From Candidatus Sulfobium sp. (GTDB lineage Bacteria; Nitrospirota; Thermodesulfovibrionia; Thermodesulfovibrionales; UBA6898): a DNA stretch of 23,459 nt. The notes below the pieces were generated by a model that was not told the origin of the DNA, did not search any database, and saw nothing but the letters and a program-made list of their open reading frames with translations. Of the stretch, positions 8,766 to 17,749 are shown piece after piece; within the stretch, counting starts at the first letter, position 1, and every line of letters starts with the position of its first letter. The stretch lies in assembly GCA_037380845.1 (NCBI GenBank), contig JARRRI010000044.1, forward strand, positions 1-23,459. Reading direction: 5' to 3'. Made by a program: the position numbers and the translations under genes.

Positions 8766-8789
8766 CCCGATTACTACTTCGGGAACGAC
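8766..8789 (+). repeat. REP-like palindrome copy 2
   Basis: CCCGA-TTACTACT-TCGGG-AACGAC; 8769-8789 is 19/21 identical to 1391-1411. Confidence 0.6.
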
Positions 8790-8869
8790 GAATTTGAAAT
8801 GCGAGTATTTATTTAGTCTATTGCTGAAAGGTCTCATAGTCACATTACAGGCATTGGGGAGAAATAATT

Positions 8870-10177
8870 GTGGATCTGCTTGCTAAAATACGGTCAAAAG
8901 AAGCTAAAGTAGGCGTTATCGGCCTCGGTTATGTAGGGCTGCCCCTCGTGATCGAGTTCTGCAAGGCGGGCTTTCATGTGACGGGTTTCGATATCGATGA
9001 GGAAAAGGTTGAGTCGCTGAAACAGGGGAAGAGTTACATCGGCCATATTGGTTCAGCCCTTCTCGCTCCTCATGCCTCTCTGTTTACTCCGACAAACGAC
9101 TTCAGTCTCCTGTCGGACACGGACTGCATCGTCATATGTGTCCCCACTCCGCTTAACAGAAACCGTGAACCGGACATGACGTATGTCCTCGAAACCACGA
9201 AGAGCGTCGCACGATATCTGAAGAAGGACCAGCTGGTAGTTCTGGAATCGACAACTTATCCCGGGACTACCGATGGGGACATGAGGGCGATACTCGAAGA
9301 AACAGGCCTGAAGGCCGGAAAGGATTTTTCCCTTGCCTTCTCTCCTGAGAGAGAGGACCCCAACAGGAAGGATTTCTCGACATCGACAATCCCCAAGGTG
9401 GTCGGGGGATATTCCCCGAAATGTCTGGAAGTCGCCCGGGCCCTCTACGATTCCATTATCGTAAAAACCGTGGCCGTGTCCTCCACCAGGGCGGCCGAGG
9501 CGACAAAGCTCCTCGAGAACATTTACAGGGCCGTTAACATCGCCTTGGTAAACGAGCTTAAGATGCTGTTTGACAGGATGGGCATAGATGTCTGGGAGGT
9601 CATCGAGGCGGCCGGAACGAAGCCCTTCGGTTTTCAGGCTTTTTACCCCGGCCCCGGCCTCGGAGGACATTGTATTCCCATCGATCCCTTCTACCTGACC
9701 TGGAAGGCAAGGGAATATGATTTTTCGACCCGGTTCATTGAACTCGCCGGAGAGATAAACACCGGCATGCCCTACTACGTGGTCGAAAAAATCGGAGAGG
9801 TTCTCAACAAGTCCGGAAAATCCCTGAGCAGTTCGAAGGTCCTTGCGCTGGGGATGGCTTACAAGAAAGACGTGGACGACCAGAGGGAGTCGCCGTCGCT
9901 GAAGATTATACAGCTTCTGAAGGACCATGGGGCGGAGGTGGCCTATCACGACCCGCATGTTCCCGTCTGCCGGGGACACCGCCACTACCCCGACATCGAT
10001 ATGAGGTCCCTGGAGCTTTCGGAGGAAGTCCTTAAGGGTTTCGACCTCGCGGTCCTTCTCACAGACCATACGGCATTCGACTATGGGTTCCTGGAAAAGC
10101 ACGCGCGCTGCATCGTCGACACCAGGAACACCTTCGGGAAAAGGGGCATCAGGAGCGAAAAGATTTACAAGGCGTAG
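8870..10177 (+). CDS. Nucleotide-sugar 6-dehydrogenase (UDP-GlcNAc dehydrogenase, WbpA/WecC family)
   Basis: GLGYVGLP, CVPTP, ESTTYPGTT, FSPERE, KLLEN.YRAVNIA and catalytic GGHCIPIDP. Confidence 0.92.
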   Translation: MDLLAKIRSKEAKVGVIGLGYVGLPLVIEFCKAGFHVTGFDIDEEKVESLKQGKSYIGHIGSALLAPHASLFTPTNDFSLLSDTDCIVICVPTPLNRNREPDMTYVLETTKSVARYLKKDQLVVLESTTYPGTTDGDMRAILEETGLKAGKDFSLAFSPEREDPNRKDFSTSTIPKVVGGYSPKCLEVARALYDSIIVKTVAVSSTRAAEATKLLENIYRAVNIALVNELKMLFDRMGIDVWEVIEAAGTKPFGFQAFYPGPGLGGHCIPIDPFYLTWKAREYDFSTRFIELAGEINTGMPYYVVEKIGEVLNKSGKSLSSSKVLALGMAYKKDVDDQRESPSLKIIQLLKDHGAEVAYHDPHVPVCRGHRHYPDIDMRSLELSEEVLKGFDLAVLLTDHTAFDYGFLEKHARCIVDTRNTFGKRGIRSEKIYKA

Positions 10178-10208
10178 ATTTTCTGGAAACGGGCAAAAGA
10201 CAGTTTCG

Positions 10209-10277
10209 ACCGCAGACGCGAGGAAGACGATAACGCAGACAACAATTAATTGGCGCAGGTCTGCGAGTGTCTGCGGT
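10209..10277. repeat. CGCAGAC-family inverted-repeat element (copy 3)
   Basis: ACCGCAGAC...CGCAGAC left arm and GTCTGCGAGTGTCTGCGGT right arm. Confidence 0.75.
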
Positions 10278-10420
10278 AAAAATATCTGTTGAATTTGGTT
10301 TTCTTTGTCATCTTTTATTCTGTTAATATTATCCTTTTAGCGTTGAAGCCTTTAGCCTATTAGCCTGCTAGCTTGTCAACTTGCGGACCTGAAAGTAAAT
10401 ATCATTGTTTAAATTGGTAA

Positions 10421-10460
10421 CGTTCCCTACTTCGTCCCCGCGTCCCCTACTTCGTCCCCC
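10421..10460. repeat. 20-bp tandem duplication
   Basis: CGTTCCCTACTTCGTCCCCG followed by CGTCCCCTACTTCGTCCCCC, 18/20 identical. Confidence 0.75.
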
Positions 10461-10493
10461 GAGGATGCACTTGAACTTCCGGCGGTTGTCCGC

Positions 10494-11789
10494 TTGATAA
10501 GATCCCTAAGAGAGAAGCTCCAAGTTAAAGAGCATCGGACTATTGCGGAAAATTTTGTCTCACTTTCCGCCTTGCAAGTCCTCAATTACGCATTGCCTCT
10601 GGTTACCTTTCCGTATCTTGTGCGCGTTCTCGGAGCAGACAAATTCGGCTTGGTTGCGTTTGCTCAGGCATTAAATACGTATTTCATGATCGTTGTCGAC
10701 TATGGGTTCAACATGTCGGGAACCAGGGAGATATCTCTTACCAGAGCGGAACCTGAGAAAATCTCCGTCACTGTTAGCGGAATTCTAACCATCAAGTGCC
10801 TCATGACGATTTTTAGTTTCATGGCCCTCCTTGTCATAACCTTCGCCGTTGCAAAGTTCAGGGTGTACTGGCAGCTGTACCTCCTTTCTTTTGGCGTTGT
10901 TGTTGGCAATGCGTTGTTCCCTCTGTGGTTTTTTCAGGGCATGGAAAAGATGAAATATATTACTTTTCTGAATTTTCTGGCAAAAGCTGTCTTTACGGCG
11001 CTGATCTTCGTGTTTGTGAGAAAGTCTGGCGATTATCTGTACGTACCGGTTCTCAATTCCCTCGGATACATCCTTGCCGGCCTCTGGAGTATCTGGATAA
11101 TTGTGAGGACTTTTAGGGTAAAATTTGTGGTCGTACCGAGGCGTGAACTCTACCGGATTGCGAAAGACGGCTGGCATCTCTTTATTTCGAGAATTTCAAT
11201 CAGTCTATATACGGTCACCAATTCCTTTTTGTTAGGTATTTTTGCAAGTATGGCTACGGTGGGCTATTATGTGGCCGCCGAAAAAATTGTCCGCGTATCG
11301 ATGTATTTGTTTGCGCCGCTGTTTCAGTCTCTTTATCCGTACGTGGCGCAGAAAGCGGCCTCTGCCAGGGAGATGACCATCCGCAATCTTTCAAAAATCT
11401 TCAAGGCCGTGGCGTCGCTCGGCTTCGTACTATCGCTTACATTTTTGCTCTTTGCCAAGCCCATCGTTGTGCTTGTTCTCGGCGGTGGTTACGAAGGAGC
11501 AATTACAATTATCAGAATTCTTGCCCTTCTTCCTTTTGTTGTCTCGATTGCATCTGTTCTTGCGAACCTGACTATGGTGCCCTTCAAGCTGGACAGATAC
11601 CTGATGCGGATATATGTTTTCGGGGCGCTGGCAAATTTTCTATTTATTGTCTCTCTTGTTGGAGTACTCCATCTCAAGGCCGCCGGCGCCGCTATCTCGA
11701 CTGTGGTGACAGAGATTATTCTCACCTCTCTTATGTTTATTGTTTTGCGGAAACAGAAGATCAATATCCTGGCGCCCGGGAAAGATTGA
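10494..11789 (+). CDS. wzx: O-antigen/polysaccharide flippase
   Basis: Multi-transmembrane protein with NYALPLVTFPYLVRVLG, VDYGFN.SGTREI, FPLWFFQGMEKM and VGYY.AAEK (RfbX-like). TTG start uncertain. Confidence 0.88.
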   Translation: MIRSLREKLQVKEHRTIAENFVSLSALQVLNYALPLVTFPYLVRVLGADKFGLVAFAQALNTYFMIVVDYGFNMSGTREISLTRAEPEKISVTVSGILTIKCLMTIFSFMALLVITFAVAKFRVYWQLYLLSFGVVVGNALFPLWFFQGMEKMKYITFLNFLAKAVFTALIFVFVRKSGDYLYVPVLNSLGYILAGLWSIWIIVRTFRVKFVVVPRRELYRIAKDGWHLFISRISISLYTVTNSFLLGIFASMATVGYYVAAEKIVRVSMYLFAPLFQSLYPYVAQKAASAREMTIRNLSKIFKAVASLGFVLSLTFLLFAKPIVVLVLGGGYEGAITIIRILALLPFVVSIASVLANLTMVPFKLDRYLMRIYVFGALANFLFIVSLVGVLHLKAAGAAISTVVTEIILTSLMFIVLRKQKINILAPGKD

Positions 11790-11791
11790 CC

Positions 11792-12766
11792 ATGGCATCT
11801 CCCACGGTCGCAGTGATAATCTTGAATTATAACGGGTGGGAGGATACCTTAAGATGTGTTTCCCTTTGTTTACGGCAATTGTATCCCGACTTCTTTGTCA
11901 TTGTCGTTGATAATGCCTCTTCTGACGGCTCCCTTGAAAAAATGAAAGAGGCATGGGCGTCAGGCGATTCGGTGAAATACTTGGCTGAGTATGACAAAAA
12001 TGAAGCTGAGGCGGGGGGGACGGAGGAAAAAGAAAACGAACTTGATAAATATGGAGACGGGGAAAAACTCGTTCTTATAAGAAACGACAAGAATCTCGGC
12101 TATTCGGCTGGAAACAATGTGGGGATTAGGTACGCACTTAAGAAGAAGGCTGATGCAGCATTAATTGTAAATCCTGATGTGGAGGCAGAAGATAACGGTA
12201 TTATAGCGGGACTGGCAAAAGCTCTTATAGACGCTGACGATTACTTTGTCGCCGGGCCTCGCGTGCTGGACCGACAAGGTTGTGACCAGAACCCGATGCG
12301 AGAACCTTCTTTGTTCGAAGAGGTCTTTGGCCCGCTTTGGAAAGGAGTTATGGCGGGCCTGGGTAAAGGCCGGCGGGGATGTCCTGATCCTGTACTGCAA
12401 GGGGGCGGCCCCCGAGTAGTTGAGAAGGTTTCGGGATGCTGCGCAATGATCAAAAGTGATTTCTTTTTAAAGCATGGCCTTCTTGATGAAACTATCTTTA
12501 TGTATAGCGAAGAGGCAGTGCTGGCCCACGAGGTCGGCAAGGCAGGAAGACGGATGGTATACGTGCCCTCTGTGGCTGTCAGGCATGTTCACCTGCCCGG
12601 TGGGGACGGTATAAAGCAGTATCGGCAATTTATGCAGAGCCGCATCTATTTTCTCAGTCGATATCGCCGGTACGGTTCTTTGAAGATCCTGATGGTCAAA
12701 GGAAGCTATGGCCTTGTTCTGTTGTCGAAGGTTTTCCGTTCATGGCGGAGGCGCACCTATGCATAG
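11792..12766 (+). CDS. Glycosyltransferase family 2 (rhamnosyltransferase-like subgroup)
   Basis: VIILNYNGW, VVDNAS.DGS, NLGYSAGNNVG, NPD, SGCC and FMYSEE motifs. Confidence 0.88.
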   Translation: MASPTVAVIILNYNGWEDTLRCVSLCLRQLYPDFFVIVVDNASSDGSLEKMKEAWASGDSVKYLAEYDKNEAEAGGTEEKENELDKYGDGEKLVLIRNDKNLGYSAGNNVGIRYALKKKADAALIVNPDVEAEDNGIIAGLAKALIDADDYFVAGPRVLDRQGCDQNPMREPSLFEEVFGPLWKGVMAGLGKGRRGCPDPVLQGGGPRVVEKVSGCCAMIKSDFFLKHGLLDETIFMYSEEAVLAHEVGKAGRRMVYVPSVAVRHVHLPGGDGIKQYRQFMQSRIYFLSRYRRYGSLKILMVKGSYGLVLLSKVFRSWRRRTYA

Positions 12767-14150
12767 TGTGACTGCATCGATCAGACACAAGGCAACATGG
12801 CTACTTATTCTTTGCTACTGGTCTCTGGCGCTTCTGTGGATGAAGGTGGACCCTTCAACGGGGGTCTACTTAATTGCTGTAGCTGCTGCCACAACCCTGG
12901 TCCTCTCCATTCGTACGGACATAATTTATGTCATTTTTGTGCTGTCGTTGGTCACGACAAGTTTTTTCAGTGTGGAAGTCGGAGAAAGCTATTTGAGAAT
13001 ACCGTTTATCCTCAACTTCTTCGTCCTTCTTTTTCTTCCAAAGAGGGCTCTGCTGAGAGCGGCGCAATCCCGAATTTTTCTCTGCTTTGTTTTATACGTT
13101 GTCTGGACGCTCCTGGTTACTGCTTACAGTTCAGGTGACTATCTTGACTCGTTCAGGATCGCTGGGTTGCCGATGCTTCTCTTGTTGATATCGCTCAATG
13201 TGGCCGCAATTATTGGAAGTGGAAAACTGCCCCTTGAAAACGCGGTTGGATTGCTGGTCATGACCGCAGCATTGAATATTATTCTTGGCCTTTTACAGTA
13301 TGTCGGGTTCTTTGGATTCGGAGCGAATGTGCTCACTCTGACCGAACAGCAGTGGATACAGATCTCCCAGTATCACCGGATGACGGCCACGTTCTGGGAG
13401 GGTGACACCTTTGGGAAATATTTAATGGCCTTTACCCTCTTAATGCTGCCTCTCACGGTCGAAATGTATCGCAAGGGGCGGAGAAACGGCCTTTATATAG
13501 TTATGTTTGCTTTTCTTTCGCTGATGGTTAATCAGACGAGGTCCGCTTGGGTGGGTCTTGCGGCTGGACTCTCGCTCTTCGCCCTGCTGGGCAGGCTTGC
13601 CTTAAAGAAGAAGGCAGCGCTCATCCTTTTAATAGTGACAATAGCCACTGCGGGGTTTTATGTGATTACGACTTTCGAACATGACTCCCTGATTCGGCAA
13701 AGGGCTCAGGCTCTTATGTCTTTCGAAAGTATGAGAGAAGATCCTTCTGCTGCTTACAGACTTGAGTCGGTCGAAGACACGTGGCGACTGATTACGGCAG
13801 ACGCAGATGCTTTACTCTTCGGTAATGGGTTTGTCGAAATGGGAGAAGATTATAAGGGCGCCTCTAACATATTCCTGCATATAATGGTGACATCTGGCGC
13901 TGTGGGACTTTCCTTCTTTGTTTTGGCGATCATTGCTCTGCTCTATCGCTCTTTTACATTTGCATCACCCGATCCGGCGAAGCAGCATGTAGCCAGAGGA
14001 GTGGGGCTTGCCACAGTGGGCATGCTTGTGGCATCTCAACTGGCACCGATGGTCATCGACCCAGTCTTCTGGATGGTGATAGGATTGGGAATCCTTTTTG
14101 AAACGGCATCTAGAAAAAGGGCAGAGAAAGCGCTGCGCGTAGTGCACTGA
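12759..14150 (+). CDS. wzy: O-antigen polymerase/ligase-like membrane protein (Wzy_C family)
   Basis: About 12 hydrophobic segments, R.TATFWEG loop, QTRSAWVG and SA.YR...GNGF...SNIFL motifs. GGAGG precedes ATG 12759, which overlaps the upstream stop. Confidence 0.72.
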   Translation: MHSVTASIRHKATWLLILCYWSLALLWMKVDPSTGVYLIAVAAATTLVLSIRTDIIYVIFVLSLVTTSFFSVEVGESYLRIPFILNFFVLLFLPKRALLRAAQSRIFLCFVLYVVWTLLVTAYSSGDYLDSFRIAGLPMLLLLISLNVAAIIGSGKLPLENAVGLLVMTAALNIILGLLQYVGFFGFGANVLTLTEQQWIQISQYHRMTATFWEGDTFGKYLMAFTLLMLPLTVEMYRKGRRNGLYIVMFAFLSLMVNQTRSAWVGLAAGLSLFALLGRLALKKKAALILLIVTIATAGFYVITTFEHDSLIRQRAQALMSFESMREDPSAAYRLESVEDTWRLITADADALLFGNGFVEMGEDYKGASNIFLHIMVTSGAVGLSFFVLAIIALLYRSFTFASPDPAKQHVARGVGLATVGMLVASQLAPMVIDPVFWMVIGLGILFETASRKRAEKALRVVH

Positions 14151-14157
14151 ATCAGTG

Positions 14158-15141
14158 ATGACGAGGAAAATGAACCTGCCCGTCTCAGTAATTATTTGTG
14201 CGTATAACTCAGAAAATTTCTTGATACAAGCGCTGGAGAGTATCCAGGGGCAGACACACAGTAATATAGAGATTCTCATTATTGATGATGCTTCGGCGGA
14301 TGCAACTCCACAGATCGCGAAGAAGGCGGCTGCATGCGACAGCAGGCTTAAGTATGTTCGGCTGGACGTAAACGTGGGGATTGCCCGGGCAAGGCAAATA
14401 GGTCTTCAGTCGGCGACGCACGACTGGGTCCTTTTTCTTGATGCCGACGATATAGCCATGCCGGAAATGGTAGAAAGTCAAGTGGCTGTCCTAAAAACTG
14501 ATCCGGAAATAATAGGCGTTGGAACTTACGCGTATTATATTGATACCCTAGGCCGAGTTGGAGGTGTCCAGTCTTTGGGACCTCTTACTCATGAAAATTT
14601 TTTCGACCTTTTCAAGGGGCAGAAAATGTCCTTCCTCCTGCCTAATACCCTTTTTTCAAAAGCGCATGCCGAAGCCGTGGGAGGATACCGCACTGAAGGT
14701 TTTACAGACGGGCCAGACGAGCGTTGGCAGGACTACTGCGAAGATCTCGATCTCTGGTGCAGGCTTTCTGACTTGGGATCAGGGGGGAAATACATAGTTA
14801 CAATACCCAGGCCTCTCTTTTATTATCGCAAGCGCGCCGACTCTTTATCATCAAGGAACATTTTTCGGATGACGCGTAAGATGCGATGGATAAAATACTG
14901 TCTGGTGCGAAGGAGGGCCGGAATGCCCGAAAGGTCTTTCTTTGAATATGAGTGTTCGCTTTCTATTTGGAGGCGACTTAATAACCTTCGAGTCGATTAC
15001 GCAGCTTATTTTTATCGGAAAGCAGCTTTTCAGTACATGAAAAGAAATCTCTTGGCCACTGTACTACTGCTTCCGCTCCCCATTCTTTTGAGCCCCACTT
15101 ATATCGTGCAGAAATTCAAGTCGCAGAAACTGTCACAGTAA
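14158..15141 (+). CDS. Glycosyltransferase family 2
   Basis: VSVIICAYN, IIDDAS, FLDADD and EDLDLW motifs. Confidence 0.9.
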   Translation: MTRKMNLPVSVIICAYNSENFLIQALESIQGQTHSNIEILIIDDASADATPQIAKKAAACDSRLKYVRLDVNVGIARARQIGLQSATHDWVLFLDADDIAMPEMVESQVAVLKTDPEIIGVGTYAYYIDTLGRVGGVQSLGPLTHENFFDLFKGQKMSFLLPNTLFSKAHAEAVGGYRTEGFTDGPDERWQDYCEDLDLWCRLSDLGSGGKYIVTIPRPLFYYRKRADSLSSRNIFRMTRKMRWIKYCLVRRRAGMPERSFFEYECSLSIWRRLNNLRVDYAAYFYRKAAFQYMKRNLLATVLLLPLPILLSPTYIVQKFKSQKLSQ

Positions 15142-15143
15142 GC

Positions 15144-16562
15144 ATGAGTGCGGAGTTCGGGTTCAGAACATTTCTCGTCGAGCTTTTTAGGGCGTATAAT
15201 GACGAGGGCGTCGCGTATTGCATCCTTCGCAACTACGAAGCACTGCCTGAACGACTTGACTCCTCCGATATCGACATTATGGTCGAGCATTCGAAACGGC
15301 ACATTAGCAGTGCTATCATTACGAGACTTGCCGAGAGACATGGGCTCGCCCTATACAGCCATTACGTGGACGAGCGCTTTGACCAGTATTATCTCTTCGG
15401 CAGACCGGCGGGTGATTTCTTTTTCTTGCGGCTGGATTTCTTCTACCGCTCTGAATTGTATGGTGTTAGGCTTATCGATGGAAAAAAGGTTTTGTCGAGC
15501 CGAAGACCTTTTAAAACTTTTTTTGTGGCAGAAGAGGTTTACCAGTTATTGGATAAGTGGCTGTATCTTTATCTGTTAAATGCTGAATTACCCGCAAAAT
15601 ATCTTTCCGACTTTCGGCTTATCGTCTCCGGCAACATCGAGACTGTGGTCAAACACTCTGCTGAAATCTTTGGTGGTGGAAAAGCTGACACAATTATCGC
15701 GACTATCAGAGAGCATGGGTTTGAAGCGCTTCCCAAGGTCGGCAGATATGGGCGCCTGCGTATTCTTCTTCGTAATGCCTTGCGCGCCCCTCGGTTTCAT
15801 CTGTGGCATCTCCCTCTTTTCCTGTATTATCGTTTGAAATGCCTTTTGTTCCCCTGCGGCGAATTCATATCCTTTAGCGGTCCCGATGGGTCAGGAAAAA
15901 CGACAGTGCTCAAACTGGCTAAGGAGCAGCTTGCCGTGGCATTCCGGATGGGAGAAAAGAGCATGTTTCATTTTCGTCCTTCAGTATTTCCCCGTATAGC
16001 TGAACTCGCGAGGACTGCCAATCTGGTTTCTTCCGTTGACGACAACTACTCTGTGCCCCATCGGGCAAAACCATCCGGCTTTTTTGGCTCTTTTATGCGT
16101 CTGGCTTACTATGCGTTTGATTATTTTTTGGGATATTTCAAGGTTATCAGGCCGATACTTGTAAGAAGAGAGCTTGTTATCTCGGACCGTTACTTTTATG
16201 ACCTGATTGCCGACCCGGGACGATCCAGGATCTCTCTACCGTTTGGAATACTAACCGCGATATTCAGGTTCATGCCGAAACCGCATACTACCTTTTTTAT
16301 ACTTGCTTCTCCCGAAAAGATACGCGAAAGGAAGCAGGAACTCTCCGCGGATACAATCGAAGCCCTGAATAGACGATATATTGAACTGGCAAGAAAGGAC
16401 AGGAATCTTGTCGTAATCGAAAACAACGGTACTCCGGAGAAGGCGGCTGCCGATATTGTGGATGCGGTCATCACGAGGCGGGCTCAGAGACTGGGGTTAA
16501 TGGAGCCTGAGGTGGAACCGCCCGTGAATGACGTCTCATCCAATAGAAAGTCTGTATCGTGA
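15144..16562 (+). CDS. Fusion: N-terminal pol-beta-fold nucleotidyltransferase-like domain plus C-terminal thymidylate-kinase-like P-loop domain
   Basis: N-terminal YCILRNY...SDIDIMV...LRLDF; C-terminal Walker A SGPDGSGKTT and dTMP-kinase-type ISDRYFYD. Confidence 0.72.
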   Translation: MSAEFGFRTFLVELFRAYNDEGVAYCILRNYEALPERLDSSDIDIMVEHSKRHISSAIITRLAERHGLALYSHYVDERFDQYYLFGRPAGDFFFLRLDFFYRSELYGVRLIDGKKVLSSRRPFKTFFVAEEVYQLLDKWLYLYLLNAELPAKYLSDFRLIVSGNIETVVKHSAEIFGGGKADTIIATIREHGFEALPKVGRYGRLRILLRNALRAPRFHLWHLPLFLYYRLKCLLFPCGEFISFSGPDGSGKTTVLKLAKEQLAVAFRMGEKSMFHFRPSVFPRIAELARTANLVSSVDDNYSVPHRAKPSGFFGSFMRLAYYAFDYFLGYFKVIRPILVRRELVISDRYFYDLIADPGRSRISLPFGILTAIFRFMPKPHTTFFILASPEKIRERKQELSADTIEALNRRYIELARKDRNLVVIENNGTPEKAAADIVDAVITRRAQRLGLMEPEVEPPVNDVSSNRKSVS

Positions 16563-17749
16563 TAGACGACTTTATAAAAGGAGCCGGCTTTCTGGGGCGA
16601 TTTGAAGAAGTCGCCCGCAACGAAATCGGTATGGGCAGCGTGCCATACGGTGCTGTGCCCTCGAAAGAAAATCTCTGCTGGCTTATCCCGCTGAAGAACA
16701 GCGATACTTCCGCCGCGGCTTTTTCGCTTTACCAGCCGAGCCTTGTAAGGGCGAGGCTTTTGAAAAAAATGGCGGTTCTTGCCGCGAAGAGTGGCATTAC
16801 GGGCATGATATTTCGCGACAGGGTTTATTTCAGTGCCGAAGATAGCGGGGTCCGAAAAATATTTGATCGCGACGATCTGCAGTATGCCATATTTGCCGGG
16901 ACAAAAGGGCGTCACCGGAAGATAACCGTTCAGGTGATGGACGGGCATGGTGCCATCCTCGGCTACATCAAGGTCTCAGACAGCGATGAAATAGACGAAC
17001 TCCTGAACAACGAAACGACGGTGTTAAAGAGACTGTCGGAGCTGAAGATCAGCGAAGGCCTTTATCCCAGGGTACTATTCAGCGGTGCGATGAATGGTAC
17101 TCATATCCTGGTTCTCGACAGTCTAAAAAATGGCAAGTCAACCTTCAGCAGCAAGTTGTCGAATGCACACATAAGCTTTCTCGCTGAAATATTTCGAAAG
17201 ACAGCCGAAAGCGGGCGGTTCAGAGAGAGCGGCTTTTATCGCGGATTGCTCACGAGGATTGAACTCCTCAACGGGACGGCGGCGAAGGATTTTGCCATCC
17301 GCGGGCAAAAGATCCTGGATTTTCTGGATGGCCGGCTCGGAGGGAGAGAGCTTCCCTTCGGCATCTGCCACCGGGACTTTACTCCCTGGAATACCTTCTT
17401 CCATGGACCAAAGCTTTACGCGTTCGACTGGGAGTATGCAAAGGAGGGGTATCCTCCTTTGCTGGACCTTTTCCACTTCATTATTCAGAATGGCGTCATA
17501 GTGCAGAAGCTTGAACCGAATGGGCTGCTGAAAAAGATCGCCGCATATAAGGACCTCATCGGGACGTATATTAACGCTGTGGGCATTGCGCCAGAATGCG
17601 TAACGCCCCTTCTGCTTTGCTACCTTGTCGACGTTAGTCTGTTATATATCGAGCGGGAGAAGGGCTCACCTTCCGAAGACGTGCGGCACATAAGCGCTAT
17701 TCGGACCGGGCTGATTGACCTTATCCTCGGCGGCCGGGCAGCGGCATGA
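16559..17749 (+). CDS. APH/choline-kinase-like phosphotransferase (protein-kinase-like fold)
   Basis: GYIKV lysine, NNE glutamate, catalytic CHRDFTPWN and FDWEYA; GTGA overlap with the upstream gene. Confidence 0.78.
   Translation: MIDDFIKGAGFLGRFEEVARNEIGMGSVPYGAVPSKENLCWLIPLKNSDTSAAAFSLYQPSLVRARLLKKMAVLAAKSGITGMIFRDRVYFSAEDSGVRKIFDRDDLQYAIFAGTKGRHRKITVQVMDGHGAILGYIKVSDSDEIDELLNNETTVLKRLSELKISEGLYPRVLFSGAMNGTHILVLDSLKNGKSTFSSKLSNAHISFLAEIFRKTAESGRFRESGFYRGLLTRIELLNGTAAKDFAIRGQKILDFLDGRLGGRELPFGICHRDFTPWNTFFHGPKLYAFDWEYAKEGYPPLLDLFHFIIQNGVIVQKLEPNGLLKKIAAYKDLIGTYINAVGIAPECVTPLLLCYLVDVSLLYIEREKGSPSEDVRHISAIRTGLIDLILGGRAAA

Noticed and set aside
9053..10102. 349-aa minus-strand ORF
   Set aside because: Antisense to the well-supported nucleotide-sugar dehydrogenase.
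7147..10460. Repeats as a possible CRISPR array or integron attC sites
   Set aside because: No regular repeat-spacer spacing, no cas or integrase gene, and no convincing RYYYAAC/GTTRRRY ends.
15144..16562. Housekeeping thymidylate kinase (tmk)
   Set aside because: Large N-terminal nucleotidyltransferase-like fusion, divergent sequence and polysaccharide-operon context argue against it.
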